Source of the DNA: Eledone cirrhosa
Lineage: Eukaryota
Reading direction: 5' to 3'
Assembly: GCA_964016885.1 (NCBI GenBank)
Contig: OZ024761.1
Coordinates: forward strand, 31,558,001-31,622,000
Length of the DNA: 64,000 bases
The translations under genes were made by a program, and so were the position numbers. The first letter of the stretch is position 1, and every line of letters begins with the position of its first letter. The notes beneath the pieces were generated by a model. It had not been told where the DNA came from, made no database searches, and worked only from the letters and a program-made list of their open reading frames with translations. This document shows positions 1 to 15,244 of this stretch, in pieces.

Positions 1-41
1 ATACACACACACACATACACACACATACACACATACATATA

Positions 42-105
<64 letters not shown>

Positions 106-449
106 AAACACGCATCTGTAGTAAAATCTCATAAGAATTCACATCACCCATGCACTTATACAGTTACACATACGTGTGAGAGAAAGAAGGGGTGAAGAAC
201 TGTGATGCGTGGGCGCATTTGTGAATATCATTGCACCAGACGACAGTTAAAAGAACACATCTTTTCCATTCCAACATTTCTCTTGTCTCTCTCTCTCCCT
301 TTCGCCCATTCTCTGTCTAACTATCTATATATCTATTTGTCTGTCTGTCTGTCTAACCAGCTAGCTGTCTATCTTTCCATATATGTATATATATATATAT
401 ATATATATACTGTGACTCGGTATACAACAATTTCTATACTTTTCATTTA

Positions 450-490
<41 letters not shown>

Positions 491-568
491 TCTCTGACAC
501 GGTATATATATATGACTTAAATCCTAGTTATTCTTTATTCTTATATATCTATATTCTTATATATCTAT

Positions 569-987
569 CTAAGGTGGGTAAAATTCCCGAGATCCATGGA
601 CGAGCTCTCTCCAGCGGTCTCTGTCCCTCATTATCGCTGCCATGTCCTGCATCTCCAACAGACCAGTGTCTGTCCTTAGGGCATCAACATACGTTAACCT
701 TGGTCTTCCTCTTCTAATGTGTCCATGCAGGGGCTCCCAAAGGAGCACTGAGCTGTAGTGTAGTGTGTGCTGCTGTATGGGTCTGAGACTTGGACACTGA
801 CCAAGAAACTCACTCAGATGGTGGATGGGTGCTACACGAGAATGCTGAGGATGGCTCTGAACATTGATCAGTGTACACTGGGGATGAGAAACTCGGGGCT
901 GTATGGGAACATCCCAAGAGTCAGCTCGGGAGTGACACGGGGGAGACTGGGGTTGGCTGGACATGCTCACCGACATCCGGGGTTGAC
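569..987 (-). mobile_element. 5'-truncated RTE-clade LINE with an inverted 5' part (twin-priming structure)
   Basis: The minus strand (569-~757) encodes the ORF C-terminus LLWEPLHGHIRRGRPRLTYVD...DRDRWR. The plus strand (~760-987) encodes the immediately upstream part LLYGSETWTLTK...RMLR...LAGH. Flanked by the direct repeat attcttatatat (553-564, 988-999). Confidence 0.8.
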
Positions 988-992
988 ATTCT

Positions 993-1028
<36 letters not shown>

Positions 1029-1879
1029 ACATATACACATATATATATACACACATATATATATACACATATATATATATATACACATTATATATATATA
1101 CACATATATATATATACACATTATATATATACACTCATATATATATATACACATTATATATATACACTCAAATCCCGCCGGGGTTAACTTTGCCTTTCAT
1201 CCTTGCGGGGTCGATAAAATAAAGTACCAGTAATACACTGGGTAATTGCTTGCCTTGTGCCAAAAGTAGAAACAATTATATATATACACTCATCTCTCTG
1301 GCTCTTGGTACGTTGCGAGACTGAGACAATTTTGTTTTTAAGCTATTTAAAACCACTCGACTAAAATGGTTTTCATTACGCTTGTAGGAATTTGATCGGT
1401 CTAGTGGCGTTGCTAGTGGAAGACTGCTCACTTCACAAGCTTGCCGTCCTTTCAATCCGACATCCATTATAAACGAGTGTTGTTTGCGTGGATGGGACAT
1501 GTATATAACAAAACTGGCTAAAAATGGCGTCCATTATCTCCGACAACATTCAGACATGAAATATAAATGAGGAAACTATTTATTCTGTTTGTCAACTTCC
1601 CGCTGCTTCAGAATAAATTTTTTTCTAATTGCTCGCTCTCTCTATCATATAGAGTTTCACACAAATCTGATCATCTTTACATAAAAAAAAATAAGAAATT
1701 TTGAAAATCTAAAACAATGGTTTCTGATTTAGGCACAAGACCATCAATTTTTGGGGTAAGGGCAAAGTCGATTAAATCGACACCAGTGTGTTACTGGTAC
1801 TTTATTTTATCGACCCTGTAAGGATGAAACCTGGGCAGGATTTGAACTGAGAACCCTAGAATGCTTGCCTTGTAATACT

Positions 1880-2062
1880 TGTTTCTACTTTTGGCACAAG
1901 GCCATAAATTACCCAGTGCATTACTGGTACTTTATTTTATCGACCCCGTAAGGATGAAAGGTAAAGTTAACCTCGGCGGGATTTGAACTCAGATCATAAA
2001 GGGAGGTAACTCTATGCTACAAAGCATGGTGTCCGACCCTCTACCAATACTGCCAATCCACC
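1880..2062 (-). mobile_element. OK-like tRNA-derived SINE with 17-bp TSD
   Basis: B-box gagttcaaatccc and the cctttcatccttacggggtcgataaaataaagtaccag core. TSD gcttgccttgtaatact at 1863-1879 and 2063-2079. Partial copies nearby at ~1165-1277 (+) and ~1715-1860 (-). Confidence 0.85.
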
Positions 2063-3175
2063 GCTTGCCTTGTAATACTGTTAGAAAGAATTAAGATGAT
2101 ATCCAGCGATATCCAACCACCCCCACCGCCACCACCAGATTAATGGCCTTCTGTCAATGTTAGAATGATTATATCCAGCGATATTACAAAGAACTATGAT
2201 ATCAAGTGATATCTCCGCCTCCACAAAATTGCTGTGCTTATGTCAATATTATGATATCAAGTGATACCCCCCCCCCTCCATAAAATTGCTTGCCTTATGT
2301 TTATATAATGATGATGTCAAGTGATATCCCTCCTCCATAAAATTGCTGTGCTTATGTCAATATTATGATATCAAGTGATACCCCCCCTCCATAAAATTGC
2401 TTGCCTTATGTTTATATAATGATGATGTCAAGTGATATCCCTCCTCCACAAAATTGCTGGCCTTATGTCAATATTAAGATGGTATCAAGTGATATCCCCG
2501 CTCCATAACATTTCTATCCTTGTGTCAATATTAAAATGATATCTAATGATATTCGCACCTAAATGGCTGGCCTTGTGCCAATTTTAATTAAGATGATATC
2601 CAGCTATGTCCCCCGCACACACCCTGGTCTTGCTGGTCTTGTACCAATGTAACAAAGAATTATTAAGATATACCCAACGATATACCCCCAAATTGGTGGC
2701 CTTGTTACAATGTTAGAAATAATTAAGATATAAAGTTGATATCTAACGATATCACCCAAACCCCACCAAATTTCTGGTTTTGTTTCAATGTTACAAAGAT
2801 TTATAGAGATTACATCCAACGATATACCCCAAAATTGATGGGGGTTTTTTCAATGTTAGAAATAATTAAGATATAAAGTTGATATCTAACGATATCACCC
2901 AAACCCCACCAAATTTCTGGTTTTGTTTCAATGTTACAAAGATTTATAGAGATTACATCCAACGATATACCCCAAAATTGATGGGGGTTTTTTCAATGTT
3001 AGAAATAATTAAGATATTAAGATGATATCCAGTGATATCACCCCCCCCCCCCCACCCCCACCCCAGATTGTGAGCCTTGCACCAATGTAACAAAGATCTA
3101 TTAAGATTATATCCAGCGAAAGACCCCCCCCCCCAAATAGCTGGCCTTTACTTAATGTTTGAAAGAATTAAGATA

Positions 3176-3574
3176 CCGGTCGCCGTCGAGACCTCAGGCG
3201 TACTTGGATTCCGTACTGCCAAGCTCCTCCGCAAGATCGGAACGTCAGTGGCCCGCCTGAGGAAGGAGCCCCACGAGGTGAGGGTGGCTGTTGCAGCGGG
3301 CGTAGCTGGCCATTGTCCGCGGGAATTCATTTTGGTCTTGTCCACGGGGCGCAGCCCCATTACCCCGCGCCCTAGTTCCAGAACCCATCACCCTTCCCCC
3401 TTCACACTCCCCACTCATCTGTGACACTAGAACCCTTGCCTATCCCTTCCTTTTCGGATTTTTTTATATTTTCTTATTTTACATTCTATTCTTTCTTCTC
3501 AATCTATTTTCTACTTTTTCTATTAAATTGTTTTTAATATTAATAAATAAATTGTCCATTTGAACCCTTAAAAA
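3176..3574 (+). mobile_element. 3' fragment of a CRE-like non-LTR retrotransposon (restriction-like endonuclease C-terminus)
   Basis: Translates PVAVETSGVLG...LRKIG...EPHE/WLLQRA*LAIVRGNS, similar to the CRE AVET.G...QR...AI.RGN motif. Followed by aataaa and an A-run. TSD aattaagata at 3166-3175 and 3575-3584. Confidence 0.7.
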
Positions 3575-3634
3575 AATTAAGATAATATCCAACGATATCC
3601 CCAATGTGCCAATGTTATAAAGAATGATTAAGAT

Positions 3635-3834
3635 CAGGCATGTCAAACATACGGCCCTTTACAAGCACACCTGCGGCCTGCAGAAAGATTCTTACAGCGC
3701 GAGCATGTTTTATCTTCGTAATATAAAATTTAAAATATTAGTTGTAATGTGCGCAATTAGTTGTCATGTGTGGCCCTCAGACAACACATATGTGACCCAT
3801 GCGGCCCTCGGGGAACCTCAGTTTGACATGTCTG
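3635..3834. mobile_element. hAT-type MITE, 200 bp
   Basis: TIRs caggcatgtcaaac / gtttgacatgtctg. 8-bp TSD with one mismatch (attaagat / gttaagat). Confidence 0.8.
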
Positions 3835-3890
3835 GTTAAGATGATATCCAATGATATCAAAACACCAGATTGCTGATCTGGTCTTTGTAC

Positions 3891-4058
3891 CAGTGATATC
3901 TCACGAGTGATACCTCACTAGTGTTACCTCACTAGTGATATCTCACCTGTAATATCTCGCCAGTGACATCTCGCCAGTGACATCTCGCCAGTGACATTTC
4001 ACGAGTGATATCTCACGAGTGATATCTCACGAGTGATATCTCACCTGTAATATCTCCC
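3891..4058. repeat. 15-bp minisatellite (gtgatatctcacgag-like) just upstream of the S1 exon acceptor
   Basis: About 11 degenerate tandem units are visible. Confidence 0.8.
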
Positions 4059-4114
4059 CAGTTATTATATCATTCACTCGTTTCATGTGTCTTTTTCTTT
4101 CTTCTATTTTCCAG

Positions 4115-4239
4115 TTGCAGATCGAAAACATTAAAGTCTCTACACAGCCGACCTGTTTTGATCCTGGTCTGTGCTTTAGTTGTTGTGGAATGTATATGTG
4201 TTCTGGCCGAATTAATGGTTGATCTACAGGCAATACGTT
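4115..4239 (+). CDS. HVCN1: Internal coding exon of a voltage-gated proton channel (Hv/HVCN1 family): S0-S1 helix. Symbol is family-level; the paralogue is not resolved.
   Basis: Polypyrimidine tract + ccag acceptor (ends 4114) and gtaagt donor (4240). Reads CRSKTLKSLHSRPVLILVCALVVVECICVLAELMVDLQAIR, which aligns without gaps to human Hv1 [40 protein letters not shown]. Ends in phase 1, compatible with the exon at 18049. Not in the ORF track. Confidence 0.85.
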
Positions 4240-5265
4240 GTAAGTACATGGTCATCTATTATATTTTAATATAGCAGAGTTTATGTACTTTATTTATTCC
4301 TTTATCTATGTATCTATTTATTTATATCTCATATTTATGTAGCTAAGATTTACGATACACATCAAGGCTTTGTTCTGTCTTTGACTCTCTCTCACTCTCT
4401 CTCGTTATCGCCAACTCTCTCACTTTCTCGCCAACTCTCTCACTCTCTCGCCAACTCTCTCTCGTTCTCACTCTCTCTCGTTCTCACCATCTCTCTCACT
4501 CTCTCTCGTTCTCACCATCTCTCTCTCTCTCTCTCTCGTTCTCACTATCTCTCTCACTCTCTCTCTCACTCTCTCTCTCTCGTTCTCACTATCTCTCTCG
4601 CTCTCACCATCTCTCACTCTCGCTCTCACCATCTCTCTCTCTCTCTCTCTCTCTCGCTATCTCTCTCTCTCTCGCTCTCACCATCTCTCTCTCTCGCTCT
4701 CACCATCTCTCACTCGCTCTCACCATCTCTCTCTCGCTATCTCTCTCTCTCTCGCTCTCACCATCTCTCTCTCTCTCTCTCGCTCTCACCATCTCTCTCT
4801 CTCTCGCCCTCACCATCTCTCTCTCTCGCCCTCACCATCTCTTTCTCTCTCGCCCTCACCATCTCTCTCTCTCTCGCTCTCACCATCTCTCTCTCTCGCC
4901 AACTCTCTCACTCTCTCTCGTTCTCACCATATCCCCAGCTCTTACTATCTCTCTCTCGCTCTCCCTCTCCGTTCTCTTCTCTCACCCTGTCTCTGGCCTT
5001 CTCTCTCGTTCTCACTATCACTCCAGCTCTTGCTATCTCTCTTTCTTTCTCTCTGCCCTTTTCTCTCGCTCTGCCGCTCTCTCTGTCGCTCTCTCTCTCT
5101 CTCTCCCCCCCCCCCCTCTCTCCCTGTGCCCCCTACCCTCTCTTCCCCCTCTTTCTCTCATCATGAAGAACGAGTACTTTAACGCTTTCCTTACCATATT
5201 CTCTAATGAAAGACTCTACCATATATATATATATATATATATATAATTGTTTCTACGTTAGGCAC

Positions 5266-6690
5266 AAGGCCAGCAATTACCCAGTGTATTACTGGTACTT
5301 TATTTTATCGACCCCGTAAGGATGAAAAGCAAAGTTAACCTCGGCAGGATTTGAACTCAGAATGGCAAGGGCTGTAACTCTATGCGCCAACCCCGTGGGT
5401 TCGATCCCTGAACTGGGTTGTGGGTTGTGTTTCTTGAGCAAAACACTTCATTTCACGTTGCTCCAGTACATTTAGCTGAAAATTAGTATCAGCAACATCT
5501 AGGGGTTTAGCCCTGCGATGGACTGGCGTTCTGTTCAGGTGGTGGGAAGGGGAGTCTTGTACTCTCAGTTGCTTAAAGCCACTCAAACCAAGATAAGAAC
5601 TGGCCTGATAAACATCCGGGTTCGATGAGGAGGAAGGGAGATATAGAGGAAAGTATCGATTCCAGTACTGAACTGGTACTGTATTTATCGATCTCGAAAG
5701 GATGAAAGGCAAAGTTAACCTCGGCGGGATTTGAACTCAGGGAGCAGGGAACCGAACCGAAACGAATACCTAAAAGAACCCAATCCGACGTTCTAAGGAC
5801 TCTGCCAATTCAAACCTACCGGAACCCATCCCTGCTAATCCTGCGATGAACTGGCGTCCAGTCCCATGTGATGGCGAAATTTTGTATTCTCAGTCGCTTA
5901 ACGCTGAGGAAACCGGAATAAGCCCTGGCCTGATGTACCTCTAGACTTTGGGGGAAAATCAGACTGACTGAGAGAGACTTTAGGATAGAGATATGTTATA
6001 AAGAATTCTATGTGAGAGACAAAAAGCCTGGGATAGACTATATGATAGAGATATAGAAAACCAAAAAGATGATACTAGAGAAAGATGGTGATATGGAATA
6101 GTCCCGTAATTCCTGATGCAGTCGTAGGGGCGATGTATTGACATACAGCGTTTCTTGGGCATTTTAAACCTGCCGGAACCTATCCCTCCCCAGGGCTGAA
6201 TACAGTAGAGTTCTTCCAGAGAAGGATAGAGAGAATGAGAGAATGGAAGTGAGAATCAGATGCAGAGGAAGAGTTGACCCCAATACTAGACTGGTACTTT
6301 TTTATCGACCTTGAAAGGATAAAAGGCAAAGTTGACCTCGGCAGGATTTGAACTCAGAGAGAAGAAAGCCGTAACGAATACCGCAAAGTAATCTATCCAA
6401 CGTTCTAACGACTCTGCCAATTTAAACCTGCCGAAACCTATCTCCTCTCCAGGGCTAAATACAGCAGATTTATTCCAGAGAACGATAGAGAGAATGAGAG
6501 AAAAGAAGTCAGAATCAGATGCAGAGGAAGAGTTGACCCCAATACTAGACTGGTATGGTTTTTAATCGACCTTGAAAGGATGAAAAGCAAAGTTGACCTC
6601 AGCAGGATTTGAACTCAGAGAGAAGAGAGTCGGAACCAATACCGCAAAATCATTTTAGCTGACGTTGTAACGGCTCTGTCAATTTGCAGC
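5266..6690. mobile_element. Cluster of OK-like SINEs (-) and V-domain-like SINE fragments (+)
   Basis: OK cores at ~5266-5385, 5670-5810, 6290-6420 and 6545-6690. cctgcgatggactggcgt...gaaaccgg..taag..ggcctgat motifs at ~5385-5625 and 5832-5960. Confidence 0.7.
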
Positions 6691-7374
6691 ATTTCTATTC
6701 AATATATATTGACTCGTGGTAAATCTTCGCTAAGTTTACGTCTCTACCCCATTGTGTAGACAAACAAACGGTGATTTTTTTCTTCTTTCCTGTTGACAAA
6801 GTAGGTCTCTGCTTAATAGGGAAGAGGAAACTAATCACATTTTAATATGGTTATTATTACCTGTAGCAGATAGTTAAAATGTTTGTGACAGCAGAAATAA
6901 AACAGGAAATCGATAGCTGGTCTGGATTGGTCTGGTGGGAAGTCTCACTATTAAATGATTACAAAAACCGAAACAAACAAAGAAAAAACCCTCTTTCGTT
7001 TCGTTTCGTGATGTGATATGGCAAGATAAAGATTACTATAACATGAATATATTCGGCACTTCTGTTCACTTATATTAAATGGTTTATGGTCATCTCACTA
7101 AACTTAGAAACAGCTGGCTATTAAATTCATTTGTAAAAAAAAAATGGAAAGCAAAGCAAACAAACCCTCCTTTATTGAAGAGTTCTTCTCTCTGTGAGAA
7201 ATATTTACTTAGCGTCGTTTGAAGATGCTAAAGTGAGATTTATTGTCTTGGAATTTAAGCTTGAAACAGCTTACCATGTTGTGCGAAGTAATTTATTCTA
7301 TAAGGATGTCTACATGAAACCATTCTTGTCTTTTACTGAACAAAACTACAATAAGAAATAAACTGAAAAAATTC

Positions 7375-7412
<38 letters not shown>

Positions 7413-7906
7413 ATAAATATAGGTTTAGATATATGTATGGTTGTGTATATATTTATATGTATATATTTATATGTATGTATATATTTATATGTATGTATGT
7501 ATATATTTATATGTATGTATATATATATATATTTATATGTATGTATATATTTATAATTATATGTATGTGTATATATATATTTATATATATTTATATTAAT
7601 ATTTATATTAATATGTATGTATATATATATATATATATATAAACATATAAATATATATTTTATTTATAGGTATCTATATATTTATTTACAGGTATATATC
7701 TATCTATATATACACATATATATATATATGTATATGTATATATATATATAGGTATCTATCTATATAGGTATGTATGTATATCTATATATATATATATATA
7801 TTGAATATTTACTCCAATAATCTGTTGAGTGCTCTATATCAGTTATAAAGTTTGTTGGAATCGCAACAAATTAAATATAACTCGTACATATATATATTTA
7901 TAGGTA

Positions 7907-7993
<87 letters not shown>

Positions 7994-8077
7994 CTGGATA
8001 CAAATTACGAAGAATAAGAATAACAGACACATATTTTATTAATTTGCATATCAGTACATTGACTGGATCTATTTTAA

Positions 8078-8125
<48 letters not shown>

Positions 8126-8175
8126 AAACACACAAACACACAAACACACACACACACATAAATATATATATATAT

Positions 8176-8654
8176 ACAGTTTATTAATAAATGGAAACTA
8201 TATTTATAAAACCATATTTATTTCAATATACATATTTCAAGGACACCAAAGCAAATTATGGTGCGCTTTCATCAGATAAAATATAATATAGATCAGTTTT
8301 ATAAACAAATATTGTCATACCCTTAAAGAATGCGACCATGTCGGTTGGAAGCTCCCGGATAGTGGGGTTACTAATTTTATTATTGGTCTATTATGCATAA
8401 TAGACCAATAATAAAATTAGTCGCATTCTTTAAGGGTATTTCAATATTTGTTTATAAAACTGATCTATATTATATTTTATCTGATGAAAGCGCACCATCA
8501 TTTGCTTTGGTGTCCTTGAAATATGTATAATGAAATAAATTTATAAATATAGTTTCCATTTGTTAATATATTGTATTTTTACTCCAATAATTTGTTGAGT
8601 GCTTTATATCAGTTATAAAAATATTTGCTTGTTGTATCCCAACAAATTAAATAT

Positions 8655-8660
<6 letters not shown>
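8176..8660. mobile_element. Fold-back Penelope-like repeat with a degenerate hammerhead core in each arm
   Basis: Inverted arms ~8176-8336 and 8420-8570. + strand CTGATGA (8481), stem AAGCGCACC/GGTGTCCTT, then GAAATATGTA. Central perfect palindrome at 8370-8421. Related sequence at 7805-7880 and 11234-11330. Confidence 0.65.
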
Positions 8661-8738
<78 letters not shown>

Positions 8739-8911
8739 CATACACACTAGGAAGGTAGATAGATTGAGAAATATATAGATAGGTAAATATATATATATGT
8801 TTATATATATATGTATGTGTGTATTTATATATGTGTTTATATATATGTATATATATATATGTGTATATATATATATATACATGTATATATATATATGTAT
8901 ATATATTTGTG

Positions 8912-8943
<32 letters not shown>

Positions 8944-9475
8944 CATGTATATATATATATGTATATATATTTGTGTGTATATATATATGTATATATTACA
9001 TGTATATATATATGTATATATATATATATATATGTGTATATATATATATATATATGTGTATATATATATGTATATATATATGTGTATATATATATGTATA
9101 TATATATGTATATATATATGTGTATATATATATGTATATATATATGTATATATATATGTAATATATATATGTGTATATATATATATGTATATATATATAT
9201 ATGAATATATATATATGTATATATATATATATGTATATATATATGTATATATATATGTGTATATATATATATATGTATATATATATGTGTATATATATAT
9301 ATGTATATATATATATATGTATATACATATATGTGTGTGTGTGTGTGTACATAAGTATGTATGTGTGTATATATATGTGTATATATGTATCTATGTTTGT
9401 ATATATATATATATGTATGTGTGCATATATATATATATGTGTGTATGTATGTGTGCATATATATATATATATGTA

Positions 9476-9515
<40 letters not shown>

Positions 9516-9567
9516 AACAAAAGATGGTTAAAAGAGTTCCATGTATTTTATTATGCGCATTTCAATA

Positions 9568-9748
9568 ATTGTTTCTACTTTAGGCACAAGGCCAGCAATC
9601 ACCCAGTGCATTACTGGTACTTTATTTTATCGACCCCGTAAGGATGAAAGGCAAAGTCAACCTCGGCGGGATTTGAACTCAGATCATAAAGGGACGTAAC
9701 TATGCTGGAAAGCATGGCGTCCGACCCTCTACCGATACTCCCAATCCA
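9568..9748 (-). mobile_element. OK-like SINE
   Basis: Full match to the 192-bp unit at 49240. Flanking direct repeat catttcaataat. Confidence 0.85.
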
Positions 9749-9805
9749 TTTCAATAATGGAACTCTTTTAACCATCTTTTGTTCCTTTTGTTCTTATATA
9801 TTATG

Positions 9806-10005
9806 NNNNNNNNNNNNNNNNNNNNNNNNNNNNNNNNNNNNNNNNNNNNNNNNNNNNNNNNNNNNNNNNNNNNNNNNNNNNNNNNNNNNNNNNNNNNNNN
9901 NNNNNNNNNNNNNNNNNNNNNNNNNNNNNNNNNNNNNNNNNNNNNNNNNNNNNNNNNNNNNNNNNNNNNNNNNNNNNNNNNNNNNNNNNNNNNNNNNNNN
10001 NNNNN
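9806..10005. other. Assembly gap (200 N)
   Basis: Run of N within the intron between the two Hv exons. Confidence 1.
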
Positions 10006-10494
10006 CTACTCAATTTCTACAACTTTTTTCTATTCTCAACTTATTAACCTGTAATTGTAAGATAGCATTGTGATTTTTTTTATTCATTTCTCACTATCTA
10101 ATTTTTATTTTTATTTTTTATTTATTTCTATTATCTTTTATTGTCTCCTACTCTCATTCGATTTACCTATTCTATAACCTGCCTCCTCCACTTCATAAAC
10201 TATCCTTAGAATCTGCTGTATACATATCACTTTCAACGCTGGACCGCTCCACTCACTCCCCTATTGTTCTACAGGCAAGTTCAGCCACCCCTACCTCTCA
10301 CCAAATGCCATGATAGACTTATTTGTGTTTACAAAAAATGTTAACCAATCCTCTTGACAACTACAATCTTCCCATATAAGGAAGTACCCCCTTGACAAGT
10401 TCGGCTATTTATTCACCAGGCTAAAAATTCTAATTTAGTCCAAAAATAGCCGTCGAAACGGCTTGAGCTCTGCCGTCGGGGTCATACTTTTTTC

Positions 10495-12542
<2,048 letters not shown>

Positions 12543-13139
12543 CGGGTGAGTTTTTTACATTCATTTAATTTATTAATTTATTGATATTTTATTTGAGTGA
12601 CCCGAATCTTCCTGGTCGTTCTTTTTCGGCTGCACGGGTGATTTTAGGCATGATCTCTGTGTGTTGGTATTTTAACGTTAGTTATAGCTCTGATTTATCC
12701 AAACTATTGAGCCTCTGCCACACATGTCGGATATTGTTTATCGTGATTTCGTGGGCCGATATTCCGATTCTCGATCATTCTACTGTATATATATATTATC
12801 TATATTTATATATATATATATATTCGTAAATTGTTCACTATCGTCAAACTATCCCTTAAGGAAGGCCCACTCATACTCAAGATTGAGTGGAACTTATTCT
12901 ATCACTTAGGAGTATCATTTGTTTAAATTTTTCATTAACTCATTAACGAAACTCATTAAAAGAAAATAATTGATTAGACAATTTTTTTCTTTAAGATTTT
13001 GTAATTACCTTGTCAACGTTTCAACGACTTGTGAAGGATATGTAATGTGGAGAAGTGGGCAGTCATAGGAATTTACATTTGAAAGAAGCCAATTGTAAAC
13101 TGTCTTAATTGTAAGATGTTACCTTGAGAGAAAGAAAAG

Positions 13140-14262
13140 GAGATTAGATGAGTTGGAGGGGTGGATAGAGAGATAGATAAATAGATAGACAGTTAAAGAG
13201 GGAGAGAGAGATTAGAAGAGAGAGAGAGGGGGATAGATAGATAGACAGTTAAAGAGGGAGAGAGATTAGAAGAGAGAGGGGGGGATAGATAGATAGATAG
13301 ATAGATAGACAGTTAAAGAGGGAGAGAGAGATTAGGTGAGAGAGAGGGGGATAGATAGATAGACAGTTAAAGAGGGAGAGAGAGATTAGGTGAGAGAGGG
13401 GGATAGATAGAGAGAGATAGATAGATAGATAGTTAAAGAGGGAGAGAGATTAGAGGAGAGAGGAGGGATAGATAGATAGACAGTTAAATAGGGAGAGAGA
13501 GAGAGAGAGATTAGGTGAGAGAGAGGGATAGATAGAGAGAGAGATAGGCAGTTAAAGAGGGAGAGAGAGAGATTAGGTGAGAGACAGGGATAGATAGAGA
13601 GAGAGATAGACAGTTAAAGAGGGATAGAGAGATTAGGTGAGAGAGAAGGATAGATAAACAGCTAAGGAGGGTGATAGATTAGAGGAGAGAAAGAAAAAAA
13701 AGAGAGAGAGAGATCTTTAATTGTAAGATGTTACCTTAAGAGAAAGAAAGGGAGGTTAGGTGAGAGAGAGAGAGTCAGAGAGAGAGAGAGATCTTGTGAT
13801 AATCTAATTCTACTAAAGCAAGCATTTGAATAATACTGGTGTTTTCTTCCCTCTCTCCCTCCCTCCCCGTTCTCTCTCTCGTCCTCTCCCTCTCCCCTCT
13901 CTCTCTCTCTCTCGTCCTCTCCCTCTCCCCCCTCTCTCTCTCTCGTCCTCTCCCTCCCCCTTCTCTCTCTCTCGTCCTCTCCCTCCCCCTTCTCTCTCTC
14001 TCGTCCCCTCCCTCTCTCCTCCCTCTCTCTCTCTCTCGTCCCATCCCTACCCTCCCTCTCTCTCTCGTCCTCTCCCCTCCCTCTCTCTCCCCTATCTCTC
14101 CTTCTCCCCCTCTCTCTCCTTCTCCCCCTCTCTCTCCTTCTCCCCTCTCCCCCCTCTCTCCCCCTCTCCCTCTCTCTCCCCATCTTTCTCTCTCCTTCTC
14201 CCCTCTCTCTCTCTTTCTCCCCCCTCTCTCTGTTCGCCCTCTCTCTCTCTCTTTCTCTCTCT
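13140..14262. repeat. GA-rich minisatellite (gatagacagttaaagagggagagagagattag) followed by CT-rich low-complexity DNA
   Basis: About 9 tandem units of variable length, then a polypyrimidine tract. Confidence 0.8.
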
Positions 14263-15019
14263 GTTTACATAAATGTCTAAGAGTTCTGAAAAATGCCGCC
14301 AACCTCATTGAGAGTTTATAGAGAAATAGAAAGGGGTTCGCCACTTCGTTATAACTGTTAGTTTCTTTGCTTTTGAGAAACAAATCAATATTTAAACAAG
14401 ATCCAAGCATTTTGATAGCAAACAAGGAATTTATTGTGTCAATCCTTGATAAAGTGCTTCTTCTTAACTGTTATTTCCGCTTAGTGCCGAGTACGGACGA
14501 ACACGAACATATTTCATCCATTTACCTCTGTTTCTAGTCATTGTATTGAGTTCTACTCGTGATTTATTGAAACTGATACAATTTTAGGATCTGGTCCTTC
14601 TAGCTACCACGGGAGGGGTCCTCGGTTTCTCTATTCAGGTACTGTACCCTCCAGACAGATCTTAGAGAGAGACCCACATCCATTCGTGTTTGTATTCATT
14701 GTATTGTGTTCTACTCGTGATTTACACAGAGACCATTATAGGATCTGATCCTTCCATCAACCATAGTAGGAGTCCTCAATTTCCCTTTCAATGTGTCACA
14801 CCATCCATACAGATCTTAGAGAGACCCACCTCTGTATGTGTTTGTTGTTATTGCATTAAGTTCTGTCCATTGTTTTACACTGAAACCATTATAGGGTTTG
14901 TCCTTCCATCCACCATTGGGGTAGTCCTCGGCTTCTCTCTCCAGATATCATACCCTCCATACAGATTTTAGAGAGAGACCGACCCACCCCTGTTTGTGTT
15001 TGTTGTTATTGCATTAGGT

Positions 15020-15244
15020 AGATTGAGGGCAGTAGATTGACAGTAGCGGTAGAGGGTCGGACGCCATGCTTTGCAGCATAGTTACGGCCCTTTATGATCT
15101 GAGTTCAAATCCCACCGAGGTTAACTTCGCCTTTCATCCTTACGGGATCGATAAAATAAAGTACCAGTCACGCACTGGGGTCGATTTAATCGACTATCCC
15201 CTCCCCCCAAATTTCTGGCCCTGTGCCTAAATAAGAAACCGTTA
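15020..15244 (+). mobile_element. OK-like SINE inserted in a degenerate ~140-bp tandem repeat (14540-15390)
   Basis: 14-bp TSD ttattgcattaggt at 15006-15019 and 15245-15258. Confidence 0.85.

Larger units (their letters stand above)
2085..3860 (+). repeat. Degenerate ~60-bp tandem array resembling the OK-SINE 3' tail, interrupted by a CRE fragment and a MITE
   Basis: Recurring ccccaaaattgctggccttgtg-aatgttagaaa-aattaagatgatatcc units, with internal higher-order duplications of ~117 and ~141 bp. Confidence 0.7.

Noticed and set aside
1388-1570. Peptide IINECCLRGW resembling an insulin A chain
   Set aside because: It lacks the third and fourth A-chain cysteines, a dibasic site and any B-chain exon. 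Probably chance.
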